64,000 nt of DNA from contig NC_092671.1 of assembly GCF_964355755.1 (NCBI RefSeq), positions 33,738,304-33,802,303 of the forward strand, read 5' to 3'. Numbering within the stretch: the stretch's first letter is position 1; each line of letters opens with the position of its first letter. Shown in pieces: positions 53,001 through 64,000 of the stretch. The notes beneath the pieces were generated by a model, which saw nothing but the letters and a program-made list of their open reading frames with translations, was not told the DNA's origin and made no database searches. The DNA comes from Antedon mediterranea. Its lineage: Eukaryota > Animalia > Echinodermata. The translations under genes were made by a program, and so were the position numbers.

Positions 53001-54165
53001 GCCGTTGTTGAAGTTACCATTGTAAGTAGTAAAAAGAATTATATTACATGATGGACGGATCATTCGCCTGTTAATTTATTATACTAAATTGCATGCATAC
53101 AACTTAAATAAAGCAAATAATGTTCTCAAATCTTTACTTCAATTTATAGAGAAATGGTTGATTGCTGTACGATCTTTCGTTCTTAGTTAGTAAATACATC
53201 ATTCAAGTTGATTCAGGTATTAATCATTTGTAATGACGTTTAATTGATTGTATTGTTCTTAATGATAACCAGTTTGTACACAGTGTGTTTGTTTAAGTAT
53301 AGTGGTAATACAGTGGTAAAGTGAAGTTATAAACTGACTGTTATTGAAATTATGTAACGCTTGTTTGTATATTTGCAGGGTTTTTTCCTTTCTTCGTTCT
53401 CTTTATTTTCTGAGTGACGTTGAGTTGTACACAATAAATGGTCTGGTAACGGCAATCAACAACTTGTTGTCTTTCTGTTGGTCTTGATATTGCATTCATT
53501 TGAGCCAAGCCTCGCACGCTTGATACCCGGGGAGAAAACTTCCAAATCAATCCGGGCATGGTCTCACGTACCACGACAAATTGGCGTCACGGACAGGATC
53601 GCAATTCAAGAATGACGTTTAGCGGCAGATGATGGTGATTAGCGGGTATATTCTTTGGAGTGACCAGTGATTGGAAAGCCCTGGATCAACTGTCGGTGAA
53701 TCCGCGATACAGATAAGATGTATACATATTGAACTATCATTAATTGATGTATTTTCTTTATGTTAATTATATAGATTTCTATATACTGTATGGGATTTAT
53801 TGATCACTGTAGATTGATGTATTGTATTTACGCAATTATTGATTTATAATAATAATTGACATTGATATAACGTAAGTGATATTGTAGTTTGAATGCAGTA
53901 GCCGATTATTTAGAGGATTTGCCTAGTGATGTTATGGTAAACTTGTGTTATATAACGTGTAATAATATTGTTAAACGATAGTCTGTTTAAAGCACATTGC
54001 GATAATTAAATGTTGATATATGCTACTTTAATATTGTAACTATAATTACAGAACGTTAGTGAGATTGTTATATGCTGTTTAAAATCCATAGAGAAATATT
54101 GATATCTAATATATTATATGCTACCTTCGTAAATAATTCATTAGTGAAAGTCACATTTTCTCGTT

Positions 54166-56652
54166 ATGGCGACTGGTGGTGGTCAAAGCGCGGCCCCGCC
54201 TAAAAAACAGACTGCGCAAGGGGGTGGTAGTGCTGCGAAGACAACTGATGTTAGTGAAATGATATCCGCTCTTACCAATGCTTTCAAGGGTTTGTCCACC
54301 CAAAAATCTCCTCCACCTGTTAAATTATCCAAGTTTTTTGGTACACCTAAACTTCCTGGGCAGAGTTCTTTAAGGGATTGGCTTATTGATTTCGAAGCCT
54401 ATTGTGACCATTATTCTTTAACAGATTGGAAAAAATATGATACTTTGATAAGTCATCTTGGTGGCAAGGCAAAGGATGAAGTCCGGTGTCAGATGATGGT
54501 GTCCGGTAATAGTAAAGATGCTAAGCGTGCTATTGGTATATTAAAATTTATGTTTGGTCCAGAAGAAACTGTTTCAGGATATAGTTCTTCTTTTTATTCT
54601 AGGCGTCAGTTAGAGGGAGAATCAATAGCTGATTATAGTCTAGAGTTACTCAAACTATACACACAGTTGGTTGAGGCATCAGATAGGAATGAGCAGGCAG
54701 CCTTAAAACACCTCCAGGATACTACTTTGAAGCAGAGATTAGTAGAAGGGGTCGGAGACCATGGGGTTAAAAGAGAATTAAAGCGAATTGAGTTGGCGTT
54801 CAGAGGGAAGACCTTTCTTGAAATGAGGGAGGAGGTTGTAGAATTGTTTAAAGGGGAACGAGTAAATACTAAACCAAAAATTCACGGGGTAGAGTGTGTA
54901 GATTACGGTCTGACCGAGATGAAACAAGAATTACAATCTTTTCTTAAGCAGCAAATCAATGAGACCATTGATAACAAATTCGGTGCATTATTGCAATCTC
55001 AACGTCCTAAATTCCATTCAGATGTTCGTTCTAATATTTCTCGTAGATGTTTCAATTGTGGTAACGAAGGTCATAGTAGAAACCAATGTAGTGTCCCTCC
55101 TGGTTTGTGTTGGACTTGTAAAAATCCAGGTCATTTTGCGTATGCTTGTCCTACTAAGTATAGTAGAAACCAAAATGTCAATTATAACTCATCTATAAAT
55201 CCTTCTCAACAGAGTGTTGTTCCGCAATCGTCATCAGGTATCCAGAGTAAGGATGTCCGTGCCCCTGTTGCAAGTGCAGATACAAATATTTCTAATGCTA
55301 TACCTAATTCACATGTTCAAAATACCGTGTTATTCGAGAAATTAGTTGCTAGAAGTCCTTGTACTACTATGAGTGTTGGTTCCGCTGAACTTGGGTGTAT
55401 TTTAGACACCGGAGCTGAGGCATCAATTATTCCATCATCCATATACCATAACATACTAAAGCCTGAATGTGGTGAACTGGGTAGTGTTGGTGGGTTGTTC
55501 ATGAATGTTATTGGGGTCTGTGGGGTTGAGGTACCCATAGAAGGGTACATTGAAATTCCCGTTGTGATTGCTGATCAGCAACTTAAGGGTAGTTTTCTGG
55601 TTGTCTCCGACATCGCCGTTAAGAATAAGCAAGTAAATTATCCGATTCTTATTGGATGTAATATTTTACGCCAGTTGCATGGTTTCAGTGGTCTACATGA
55701 GTTGCGAAAACTGGTAGATGAGCATCCTTCTGCGCCCGAAATAAGTAGATCTGAAGTAATGTTGAGAATCGATGAAGACGAGTCCAACGTTCTTGTCTCA
55801 TTAAAACACATAAATATAGTTGTTCCTTTCCAATCTTTAAATGAATCTATTAAACCTAATGTAAATGTTGGTTCTCATGCTAACTGTGACTCTTTTACTA
55901 CTTTGAACAGGGAATCGTCGGATGTTGGAGCAGATAGAAGTATCAACTCAGAACCAGATATTGCTTTAGATTTACCTCCTGGGATAATGTTGAATGGTTT
56001 GGATCCTCGTGTGGAAAAGTTTGATTGTGATTTGGACGATGTTTTGCCACATGGTGTGGTTTCTCTGGATGGAAATGGTGAAGGGTCTGAACATCATTAC
56101 AACAATGATAGTGGTTCTAGTTCTGAGTCGGATGATGATATACCCGGTGTTATTGTTAGTTGTGACCTGCCTCCAGTATTGAGTGATAGTGAGCCAATAG
56201 TTCCTCTTAGAAGGTCTACTCGTAGTACCCAAGGAACTCATAGTAACCCTTTTCGTTTACCTAAATCTGTTTTGGAACAATACCTGGTGTTATGTGCCTT
56301 GTTACATTTGCTGGTTAACTTCTCCTCTTTATTTTCGTTTGTTTCTCCTTTTGGGGACAAAAGGATCTCAAGCGGGGAAGGTGTAGTGAATCTATATTTT
56401 TTTGTATTTTTTATGTTTCTTCTCTTTTATAGGTTCTCCTTTTGGGGACAAAAGGATTTTAAGCGGGGAACATGTCATGGATCAGTTGTTGTTCGTGTGC
56501 GTTCTGCGTATTTGCATATAAGTGTCTTGCTGCTAGTTGTTTTGCGAGCATTGTGTTTGGCGCATTTGCATATAGGTGATGTTTTGGTTAACTACCTGGT
56601 TTTTCTGTCTGCGCGTCAGAAAAGCTTTTGTTGCAAACACAGGAAGATGTGA
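54166..56652 (+). CDS. 828-aa gag-protease polyprotein (RT/RNase H/integrase deleted), copy 1
   Basis: Capsid-like region, two CCHC knuckles (CFNCGNEGHSRNQC, CWTCKNPGHFAYAC), protease LDTGA and pol-tail motif PLRRSTR. The frame runs into the LTR. Confidence 0.85.
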   Translation: MATGGGQSAAPPKKQTAQGGGSAAKTTDVSEMISALTNAFKGLSTQKSPPPVKLSKFFGTPKLPGQSSLRDWLIDFEAYCDHYSLTDWKKYDTLISHLGGKAKDEVRCQMMVSGNSKDAKRAIGILKFMFGPEETVSGYSSSFYSRRQLEGESIADYSLELLKLYTQLVEASDRNEQAALKHLQDTTLKQRLVEGVGDHGVKRELKRIELAFRGKTFLEMREEVVELFKGERVNTKPKIHGVECVDYGLTEMKQELQSFLKQQINETIDNKFGALLQSQRPKFHSDVRSNISRRCFNCGNEGHSRNQCSVPPGLCWTCKNPGHFAYACPTKYSRNQNVNYNSSINPSQQSVVPQSSSGIQSKDVRAPVASADTNISNAIPNSHVQNTVLFEKLVARSPCTTMSVGSAELGCILDTGAEASIIPSSIYHNILKPECGELGSVGGLFMNVIGVCGVEVPIEGYIEIPVVIADQQLKGSFLVVSDIAVKNKQVNYPILIGCNILRQLHGFSGLHELRKLVDEHPSAPEISRSEVMLRIDEDESNVLVSLKHINIVVPFQSLNESIKPNVNVGSHANCDSFTTLNRESSDVGADRSINSEPDIALDLPPGIMLNGLDPRVEKFDCDLDDVLPHGVVSLDGNGEGSEHHYNNDSGSSSESDDDIPGVIVSCDLPPVLSDSEPIVPLRRSTRSTQGTHSNPFRLPKSVLEQYLVLCALLHLLVNFSSLFSFVSPFGDKRISSGEGVVNLYFFVFFMFLLFYRFSFWGQKDFKRGTCHGSVVVRVRSAYLHISVLLLVVLRALCLAHLHIGDVLVNYLVFLSARQKSFCCKHRKM

Positions 56653-57851
56653 TTTTTGTTACCGTGTTGTATATATATATTATTAAGCCGTTGTTGAAGT
56701 TACCATTGTAAGTAGTAAAAAGAATTATATTACATGATGGACGGATCATTCGCCTGTTAATTTATTATACTAAATTGCATGCATACAACTTAAATAAAGC
56801 AAATAATGTTCTCAAATCTTTACTTCAATTTATAGAGAAATGGTTGATTGCTGTACGATCTTTCGTTCTTAGTTAGTAAATACATCATTCAAGTTGATTC
56901 AGGTATTAATCATTTGTAATGACGTTTAATTGATTGTATTGTTCTTAATGATAACCAGTTTGTACACAGTGTGTTTGTTTAAGTATAGTGGTAATACAGT
57001 GGTAAAGTGAAGTTATAAACTGACTGTTATTGAAATTATGTAACGCTTGTTTGTATATTTGCAGGGTTTTTTCCTTTCTTCGTTCTCTTTATTTTCTGAG
57101 TGACGTTGAGTTGTACACAATAAATGGTCTGGTAACGGCAATCAACAACTTGTTGTCTTTCTGTTGGTCTTGATATTGCATTCATTTGAGCCAAGCCTCG
57201 CACGCTTGATACCCGGGGAGAAAACTTCCAAATCAATCCGGGCATGGTCTCACGTACCACGACAAATTGGCGTCACGGACAGGATCGCAATTCAAGAATG
57301 ACGTTTAGCGGCAGATGATGGTGATTAGCGGGTATATTCTTTGGAGTGACCAGTGATTGGAAAGCCCTGGATCAACTGTCGGTGAATCCGCGATACAGAT
57401 AAGATGTATACATATTGAACTATCATTAATTGATGTATTTTCTTTATGTTAATTATATAGATTTCTATATACTGTATGGGATTTATTGATCACTGTAGAT
57501 TGATGTATTGTATTTACGCAATTATTGATTTATAATAATAATTGACATTGATATAACGTAAGTGATATTGTAGTTTGAATGCAGTAGCCGATTATTTAGA
57601 GGATTTGCCTAGTGATGTTATGGTAAACTTGTGTTATATAACGTGTAATAATATTGTTAAACGATAGTCTGTTTAAAGCACATTGCGATAATTAAATGTT
57701 GATATATGCTACTTTAATATTGTAACTATAATTACAGAACGTTAGTGAGATTGTTATATGCTGTTTAAAATCCATAGAGAAATATTGATATCTAATATAT
57801 TATATGCTACCTTCGTAAATAATTCATTAGTGAAAGTCACATTTTCTCGTT

Positions 57852-60338
57852 ATGGCGACTGGTGGTGGTCAAAGCGCGGCCCCGCCTAAAAAACAGACTG
57901 CGCAAGGGGGTGGTAGTGCTGCGAAGACAACTGATGTTAGTGAAATGATATCCGCTCTTACCAATGCTTTCAAGGGTTTGTCCACCCAAAAATCTCCTCC
58001 ACCTGTTAAATTATCCAAGTTTTTTGGTACACCTAAACTTCCTGGGCAGAGTTCTTTAAGGGATTGGCTTATTGATTTCGAAGCCTATTGTGACCATTAT
58101 TCTTTAACAGATTGGAAAAAATATGATACTTTGATAAGTCATCTTGGTGGCAAGGCAAAGGATGAAGTCCGGTGTCAGATGATGGTGTCCGGTAATAGTA
58201 AAGATGCTAAGCGTGCTATTGGTATATTAAAATTTATGTTTGGTCCAGAAGAAACTGTTTCAGGATATAGTTCTTCTTTTTATTCTAGGCGTCAGTTAGA
58301 GGGAGAATCAATAGCTGATTATAGTCTAGAGTTACTCAAACTATACACACAGTTGGTTGAGGCATCAGATAGGAATGAGCAGGCAGCCTTAAAACACCTC
58401 CAGGATACTACTTTGAAGCAGAGATTAGTAGAAGGGGTCGGAGACCATGGGGTTAAAAGAGAATTAAAGCGAATTGAGTTGGCGTTCAGAGGGAAGACCT
58501 TTCTTGAAATGAGGGAGGAGGTTGTAGAATTGTTTAAAGGGGAACGAGTAAATACTAAACCAAAAATTCACGGGGTAGAGTGTGTAGATTACGGTCTGAC
58601 CGAGATGAAACAAGAATTACAATCTTTTCTTAAGCAGCAAATCAATGAGACCATTGATAACAAATTCGGTGCATTATTGCAATCTCAACGTCCTAAATTC
58701 CATTCAGATGTTCGTTCTAATATTTCTCGTAGATGTTTCAATTGTGGTAACGAAGGTCATAGTAGAAACCAATGTAGTGTCCCTCCTGGTTTGTGTTGGA
58801 CTTGTAAAAATCCAGGTCATTTTGCGTATGCTTGTCCTACTAAGTATAGTAGAAACCAAAATGTCAATTATAACTCATCTATAAATCCTTCTCAACAGAG
58901 TGTTGTTCCGCAATCGTCATCAGGTATCCAGAGTAAGGATGTCCGTGCCCCTGTTGCAAGTGCAGATACAAATATTTCTAATGCTATACCTAATTCACAT
59001 GTTCAAAATACCGTGTTATTCGAGAAATTAGTTGCTAGAAGTCCTTGTACTACTATGAGTGTTGGTTCCGCTGAACTTGGGTGTATTTTAGACACCGGAG
59101 CTGAGGCATCAATTATTCCATCATCCATATACCATAACATACTAAAGCCTGAATGTGGTGAACTGGGTAGTGTTGGTGGGTTGTTCATGAATGTTATTGG
59201 GGTCTGTGGGGTTGAGGTACCCATAGAAGGGTACATTGAAATTCCCGTTGTGATTGCTGATCAGCAACTTAAGGGTAGTTTTCTGGTTGTCTCCGACATC
59301 GCCGTTAAGAATAAGCAAGTAAATTATCCGATTCTTATTGGATGTAATATTTTACGCCAGTTGCATGGTTTCAGTGGTCTACATGAGTTGCGAAAACTGG
59401 TAGATGAGCATCCTTCTGCGCCCGAAATAAGTAGATCTGAAGTAATGTTGAGAATCGATGAAGACGAGTCCAACGTTCTTGTCTCATTAAAACACATAAA
59501 TATAGTTGTTCCTTTCCAATCTTTAAATGAATCTATTAAACCTAATGTAAATGTTGGTTCTCATGCTAACTGTGACTCTTTTACTACTTTGAACAGGGAA
59601 TCGTCGGATGTTGGAGCAGATAGAAGTATCAACTCAGAACCAGATATTGCTTTAGATTTACCTCCTGGGATAATGTTGAATGGTTTGGATCCTCGTGTGG
59701 AAAAGTTTGATTGTGATTTGGACGATGTTTTGCCACATGGTGTGGTTTCTCTGGATGGAAATGGTGAAGGGTCTGAACATCATTACAACAATGATAGTGG
59801 TTCTAGTTCTGAGTCGGATGATGATATACCCGGTGTTATTGTTAGTTGTGACCTGCCTCCAGTATTGAGTGATAGTGAGCCAATAGTTCCTCTTAGAAGG
59901 TCTACTCGTAGTACCCAAGGAACTCATAGTAACCCTTTTCGTTTACCTAAATCTGTTTTGGAACAATACCTGGTGTTATGTGCCTTGTTACATTTGCTGG
60001 TTAACTTCTCCTCTTTATTTTCGTTTGTTTCTCCTTTTGGGGACAAAAGGATCTCAAGCGGGGAAGGTGTAGTGAATCTATATTTTTTTGTATTTTTTAT
60101 GTTTCTTCTCTTTTATAGGTTCTCCTTTTGGGGACAAAAGGATTTTAAGCGGGGAACATGTCATGGATCAGTTGTTGTTCGTGTGCGTTCTGCGTATTTG
60201 CATATAAGTGTCTTGCTGCTAGTTGTTTTGCGAGCATTGTGTTTGGCGCATTTGCATATAGGTGATGTTTTGGTTAACTACCTGGTTTTTCTGTCTGCGC
60301 GTCAGAAAAGCTTTTGTTGCAAACACAGGAAGATGTGA
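57852..60338 (+). CDS. 828-aa gag-protease polyprotein, copy 2
   Basis: Translation identical to copy 1. Confidence 0.85.
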   Translation: MATGGGQSAAPPKKQTAQGGGSAAKTTDVSEMISALTNAFKGLSTQKSPPPVKLSKFFGTPKLPGQSSLRDWLIDFEAYCDHYSLTDWKKYDTLISHLGGKAKDEVRCQMMVSGNSKDAKRAIGILKFMFGPEETVSGYSSSFYSRRQLEGESIADYSLELLKLYTQLVEASDRNEQAALKHLQDTTLKQRLVEGVGDHGVKRELKRIELAFRGKTFLEMREEVVELFKGERVNTKPKIHGVECVDYGLTEMKQELQSFLKQQINETIDNKFGALLQSQRPKFHSDVRSNISRRCFNCGNEGHSRNQCSVPPGLCWTCKNPGHFAYACPTKYSRNQNVNYNSSINPSQQSVVPQSSSGIQSKDVRAPVASADTNISNAIPNSHVQNTVLFEKLVARSPCTTMSVGSAELGCILDTGAEASIIPSSIYHNILKPECGELGSVGGLFMNVIGVCGVEVPIEGYIEIPVVIADQQLKGSFLVVSDIAVKNKQVNYPILIGCNILRQLHGFSGLHELRKLVDEHPSAPEISRSEVMLRIDEDESNVLVSLKHINIVVPFQSLNESIKPNVNVGSHANCDSFTTLNRESSDVGADRSINSEPDIALDLPPGIMLNGLDPRVEKFDCDLDDVLPHGVVSLDGNGEGSEHHYNNDSGSSSESDDDIPGVIVSCDLPPVLSDSEPIVPLRRSTRSTQGTHSNPFRLPKSVLEQYLVLCALLHLLVNFSSLFSFVSPFGDKRISSGEGVVNLYFFVFFMFLLFYRFSFWGQKDFKRGTCHGSVVVRVRSAYLHISVLLLVVLRALCLAHLHIGDVLVNYLVFLSARQKSFCCKHRKM

Positions 60339-61166
60339 TTTTTGTTACCGTGTTGTATATATATATTATTAAGCCGTTGTTGAAGTTACCATTGTAAGTA
60401 GTAAAAAGAATTATATTACATGATGGACGGATCATTCGCCTGTTAATTTATTATACTAAATTGCATGCATACAACTTAAATAAAGCAAATAATGTTCTCA
60501 AATCTTTACTTCAATTTATAGAGAAATGGTTGATTGCTGTACGATCTTTCGTTCTTAGTTAGTAAATACATCATTCAAGTTGATTCAGGTATTAATCATT
60601 TGTAATGACGTTTAATTGATTGTATTGTTCTTAATGATAACCAGTTTGTACACAGTGTGTTTGTTTAAGTATAGTGGTAATACAGTGGTAAAGTGAAGTT
60701 ATAAACTGACTGTTATTGAAATTATGTAACGCTTGTTTGTATATTTGCAGGGTTTTTTCCTTTCTTCGTTCTCTTTATTTTCTGAGTGACGTTGAGTTGT
60801 ACACAATAAATGGTCTGGTAACGGCAATCAACAACTTGTTGTCTTTCTGTTGGTCTTGATATTGCATTCATTTGAGCCAAGCCTCGCACGCTTGATACCC
60901 GGGGAGAAAACTTCCAAATCAATCCGGGCATGGTCTCACGTACCACGACATTATACCCCAAGACGAAACCGAAGCCCAAGCCCATACAAACCCCGATTCC
61001 AGACCCCACTGACCCCAAGATATAGACAACCTCCCCCAACCTGTTATTACTGCGGGAAACCAGGCCACATAGCAAGGCACTGCCGACAACAAAACCGTTC
61101 TTACGGAAATTATCCCCCACCATACCCATACCAACAGTCAAACAATTACTATCCTAGCCACCAGCA

Positions 61167-61210
61167 GGATTTTTAAAAAGGGGACTAGATGCCGCCTATA
61201 ATCTGGCCCC
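61167..61210 (+). promoter_or_regulatory. -1 programmed ribosomal frameshift signal between gag and pol
   Basis: G GAT TTT immediately precedes the gag TAA. A 6-nt spacer is followed by the hairpin GGGGACTAGAT...ATCTGGCCCC. The -1 frame is open into pol. Confidence 0.75.
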
Positions 61211-64000
61211 CCATACTAAATACGACAATTTTAAGGCAAAATACTTAGGGAATTCAGATAATATTGATTTGTTACTTAACGACAGAAATGACGTTAAAGG
61301 AAATTTACCAGATGGTAGAAATGTTTTAACTTTATTTGACAGTGGTTCAACTAGAACTATAATCTCACAATCGTACGTTAATTCCTCACTTTATTTATCG
61401 CGTTTAAAGCCAGTTAAAGTGAACACAACTAAATTTCGATTAGGTAACGGTGACTTCTTATATGCCAACCACTTAGTGCTATTCGAATTATATATCCAAG
61501 GACACAAATTTAAAATGTCAGCGTTAATCGTAAAAAATTTGACAGGTATTGACCTGATACTTAGAACCGAAACATTGTCTGAACTCGACGGTACTTTAAA
61601 TTTTAAGGAAAACACATTTCGCATTAGACCAAAGATTTTTAGCTTTCGTCCTGTCCACAAGATTTTTTTTAAACCCGGTGATACTAAAACAGTTAAATTA
61701 AAAGGAAGGGTTCCCGCCTTTGTACGCAATTCTGATGTTGTTCTACATGCAACCACCCATATTTCAAAACTTTGTCCATCAGATATGTTAGTAAAATTAC
61801 ACAGAGGAGAAACCAACATTGATATCACTAACAACACAAACAGAAACGTATCTCTAAATACACATCAACCTATCGCGAGCCTTCACTTAACCAACCTTTT
61901 AACAGTTACTAACGACCTACCAATAGATAGAATAAAGTTGACCAATGACAACGCAAACAAGTACCCACATTTAGAACGTACAGACCCATTGCTAACTTTA
62001 ACCGAGGAAGAAATAATTAGAAAACAAGTTGATTTAACAGACAGCGTTTTAACACATAGAGAAAAAGAAGATTTGTATAAAACCTTACAACAAAACAGAA
62101 ACGCATTTTCACTTTATGGTGAACTATCTAGCTGCCCAAACTTCAAAGCTGACATACACCTCTCTAACGATGAACCATTTTTTATTCGACCATACTTCGC
62201 GACAGACAAAGACAAACATGTTATTGAGGCCGAATTGAACAAATTAGTCAAATTAGGAATCTTAGCAGTAGGACACCAATCGTATACTTCCCCTGTCCTT
62301 CTTGTTTCAAAGAAAAATTCAAAAGATAAAAGAGTTGTCACAGACTTTCGCTATCTAAATTCCAGGATAAAACGTATTAATCACCCATTCCCATTAATTG
62401 CCGAAACTTTGAAAACAATAGGTAACGCTAATGCACAGATTCTTAGCGTAATTGATTTGAAATCAGCGTTCCACTGTGTACCATTAGCCGAACATGCCCA
62501 ACAATACACAGGTATAGCTTCATATCATGGTGGAAAACATTATTATTATAAGAGATTAGCACAAGGATTAAACGTTTCGCCAGGTATATTTCAAGCAAAG
62601 ATTGACGAAATTTTAAATGAAATCCCAAATTCTAGAGAATTCTGTATCGCCCATCACGATGATATTATTTTATTTAGCCAAGACAAATTTGCTCATAAGC
62701 AGCACCTCGTTTCCGTTTTACAAGCCCTACAATTAAATGGTTTTAGAATTTGTCCAAAGAAATGTAAGTTATTCAAGAATAAAGTGCAATATATGGGACA
62801 CACCATCCTGATTAATTCTTCAGGACACGCATGCATCACACCATTAGGCGACAGGTGTGCAGCTATCCAAAATTTGCCAGTCCCACGAACCCATAAAGAA
62901 ACTAAACGATTTATTGGTGCAGTAAATTATGTATCCTATTTTTTCCCTCAAATACAATCAATTTTACGTCCGTTACATACACTCGCAAGTAAACGCCGAA
63001 AATTTGTTTGGTCTACTGAACACCAGAAAGCATTTGACGAAATTAAACAATTAATGGTTAAACGACCTACTCTTCAAATGCCTAGAAAAGAAGGTAGATT
63101 TACGCTATATAGCGACACTTCAAGAACCGCAACAGGTTCATATTTAACACAAACAGTAAACGGTAAAGAACACATAATAGGTTATTATTCCAAAATCTTA
63201 CCACAAGCCTGTCAACGATATAGCGTCACAGAATTAGAGTTATTTGGACTTTACATTAACGTTTCAGCATTTCGACACTTACTAAAGGGTTGCGAATTTG
63301 ATGCATTCGTAGACCACTCAGCAATTGTACAAATTTGGAATTCAAAAGATCAGCCATGTACACCCCGTTTACAGAAACTAATATTACGATTGTCCGGATA
63401 CATTTTCCAAATTGGTTATAAGAAAGGAACTGAATTAGTTTTAGCAGATTTCCTCTCCCGAGCCCCTCGTGATGACGATTCCGAAATTGATCAAGTTGTA
63501 CCCATTGCATGTAATATTACAGAGACTGAATCTCTTAACCCGATTACAAACACATCTACTTGCAGACCAGTAACAAGGTCATACGTCAAGAAAATGGGAA
63601 TAAATATACCTGAACTACATAAACCCAAACCAGTACAAACACCTGTCATTAATCAAAATCCAGTGACAACAAACACGCGACCTACACCTCAACCTACCGC
63701 TACACCACAGATAATCACGAGACAACAAACAAACGATCACCGCCTATCATAACGCCACCTATCGTAACACCACCCCCAATACGTAATGTAAACATTCGAC
63801 AACCTCCAGAGGAACGACTAGTAGACAAAAATAAGCAAAGCAAAGACACTACACATCGAAATGTACCAGTTGAATTGTATACATCGCCCAAACCACTAGT
63901 ACCCAACATAACTGAATTTAAATCAGCACACATCCCAAATCAACAAGACTTAGATAGATTAATGGATGTTATTCAAAGAAAGATAATTAGAGATTATAAC
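61173..64000 (+). CDS. pol: pol: protease, RT and RNase H; frameshift near 63730-63752; integrase expected beyond the window
   Basis: Motifs LFDSGS; SPVLLVSK..KRVVTDFRYLN, IDLKSAF, QGLNVSP, HHDD; YSDTS...YSVTELE...VDH. Another frame stays open to the window end. Confidence 0.9.

Larger units (their letters stand above)
52787..60950 (+). mobile_element. Nested tandem LTR-int-LTR-int-LTR element (unit 3686 bp), gag-protease only
   Basis: Three 792-bp TG..CA LTRs (52787-53578, 56473-57264, 60159-60950), with a single TTAT TSD at the outer ends. PBS TGGCGTCACGGACAGGAT is tRNA-Ser(CGA)-like. A PPT precedes each downstream LTR. Confidence 0.95.
52049..61176 (+). pseudogene. gag: Host element gag (52049-52786 plus 60955-61176), with a premature TAA at 52247 and split by a nested insertion
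   Basis: The frame continues across the stop (FKRSLQGQARLW). Removing the insert and one TSD rejoins RSRSPTRNY-TPRRNRSPSP in frame. Zinc knuckle CYYCGKPGHIARHC. Confidence 0.85.
50663..64000 (+). mobile_element. Gypsy/Ty3-type LTR retrotransposon (autonomous-type partner of 27517-32319), running off the window
   Basis: 5' LTR 50663-51319 (TG..CA), TGGTGGAAGAC after it, then gag, a -1 frameshift and pol in the order PR-RT-RNase H. Confidence 0.93.

Noticed and set aside
56280-56652. env gene in the nested element
   Set aside because: There is no signal peptide, furin site or ectodomain. The hydrophobicity comes from read-through of T-rich UTR/LTR sequence.

Overview
AT-rich, repeat-dense animal (eukaryotic) DNA, most likely from a marine invertebrate (the taxon is an inference). 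There is no prokaryotic signal. The ORF track misses the main host content: a minus-strand cluster of small secreted-peptide genes built from 17-36 nt micro-exons, which I found by reading splice sites. Gene A (45.7 to 42.1 kb) encodes a signal peptide, a short pro-region and an 8-Cys peptide. Genes B (18.6 to 13.7 kb) and C (11.9 kb to beyond the left edge) encode precursors with RVRR furin-type sites and repeated xP...GLNA(E/D/G) modules, one module per symmetric phase-1 exon. An orphan terminal exon lies at 25.2 kb. The rest is transposons: CR1/L2-group and RTE LINE relics, a 40-bp minisatellite, a TWA-TSD DNA element, non-autonomous Helitrons (some head-to-tail) and MITEs. A nest in (TA)n holds a TRIM, a Penelope element with a hammerhead ribozyme and tRNA-derived repeats. 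A young non-autonomous LTR element carries a RING-finger ORF instead of gag/pol. Its Gypsy-type partner (from 50.66 kb; -1 frameshift signal, HHDD RT motif) is interrupted by a 3-LTR tandem of an unrelated gag-protease-only element. All gene models are hand-read predictions without transcript support.
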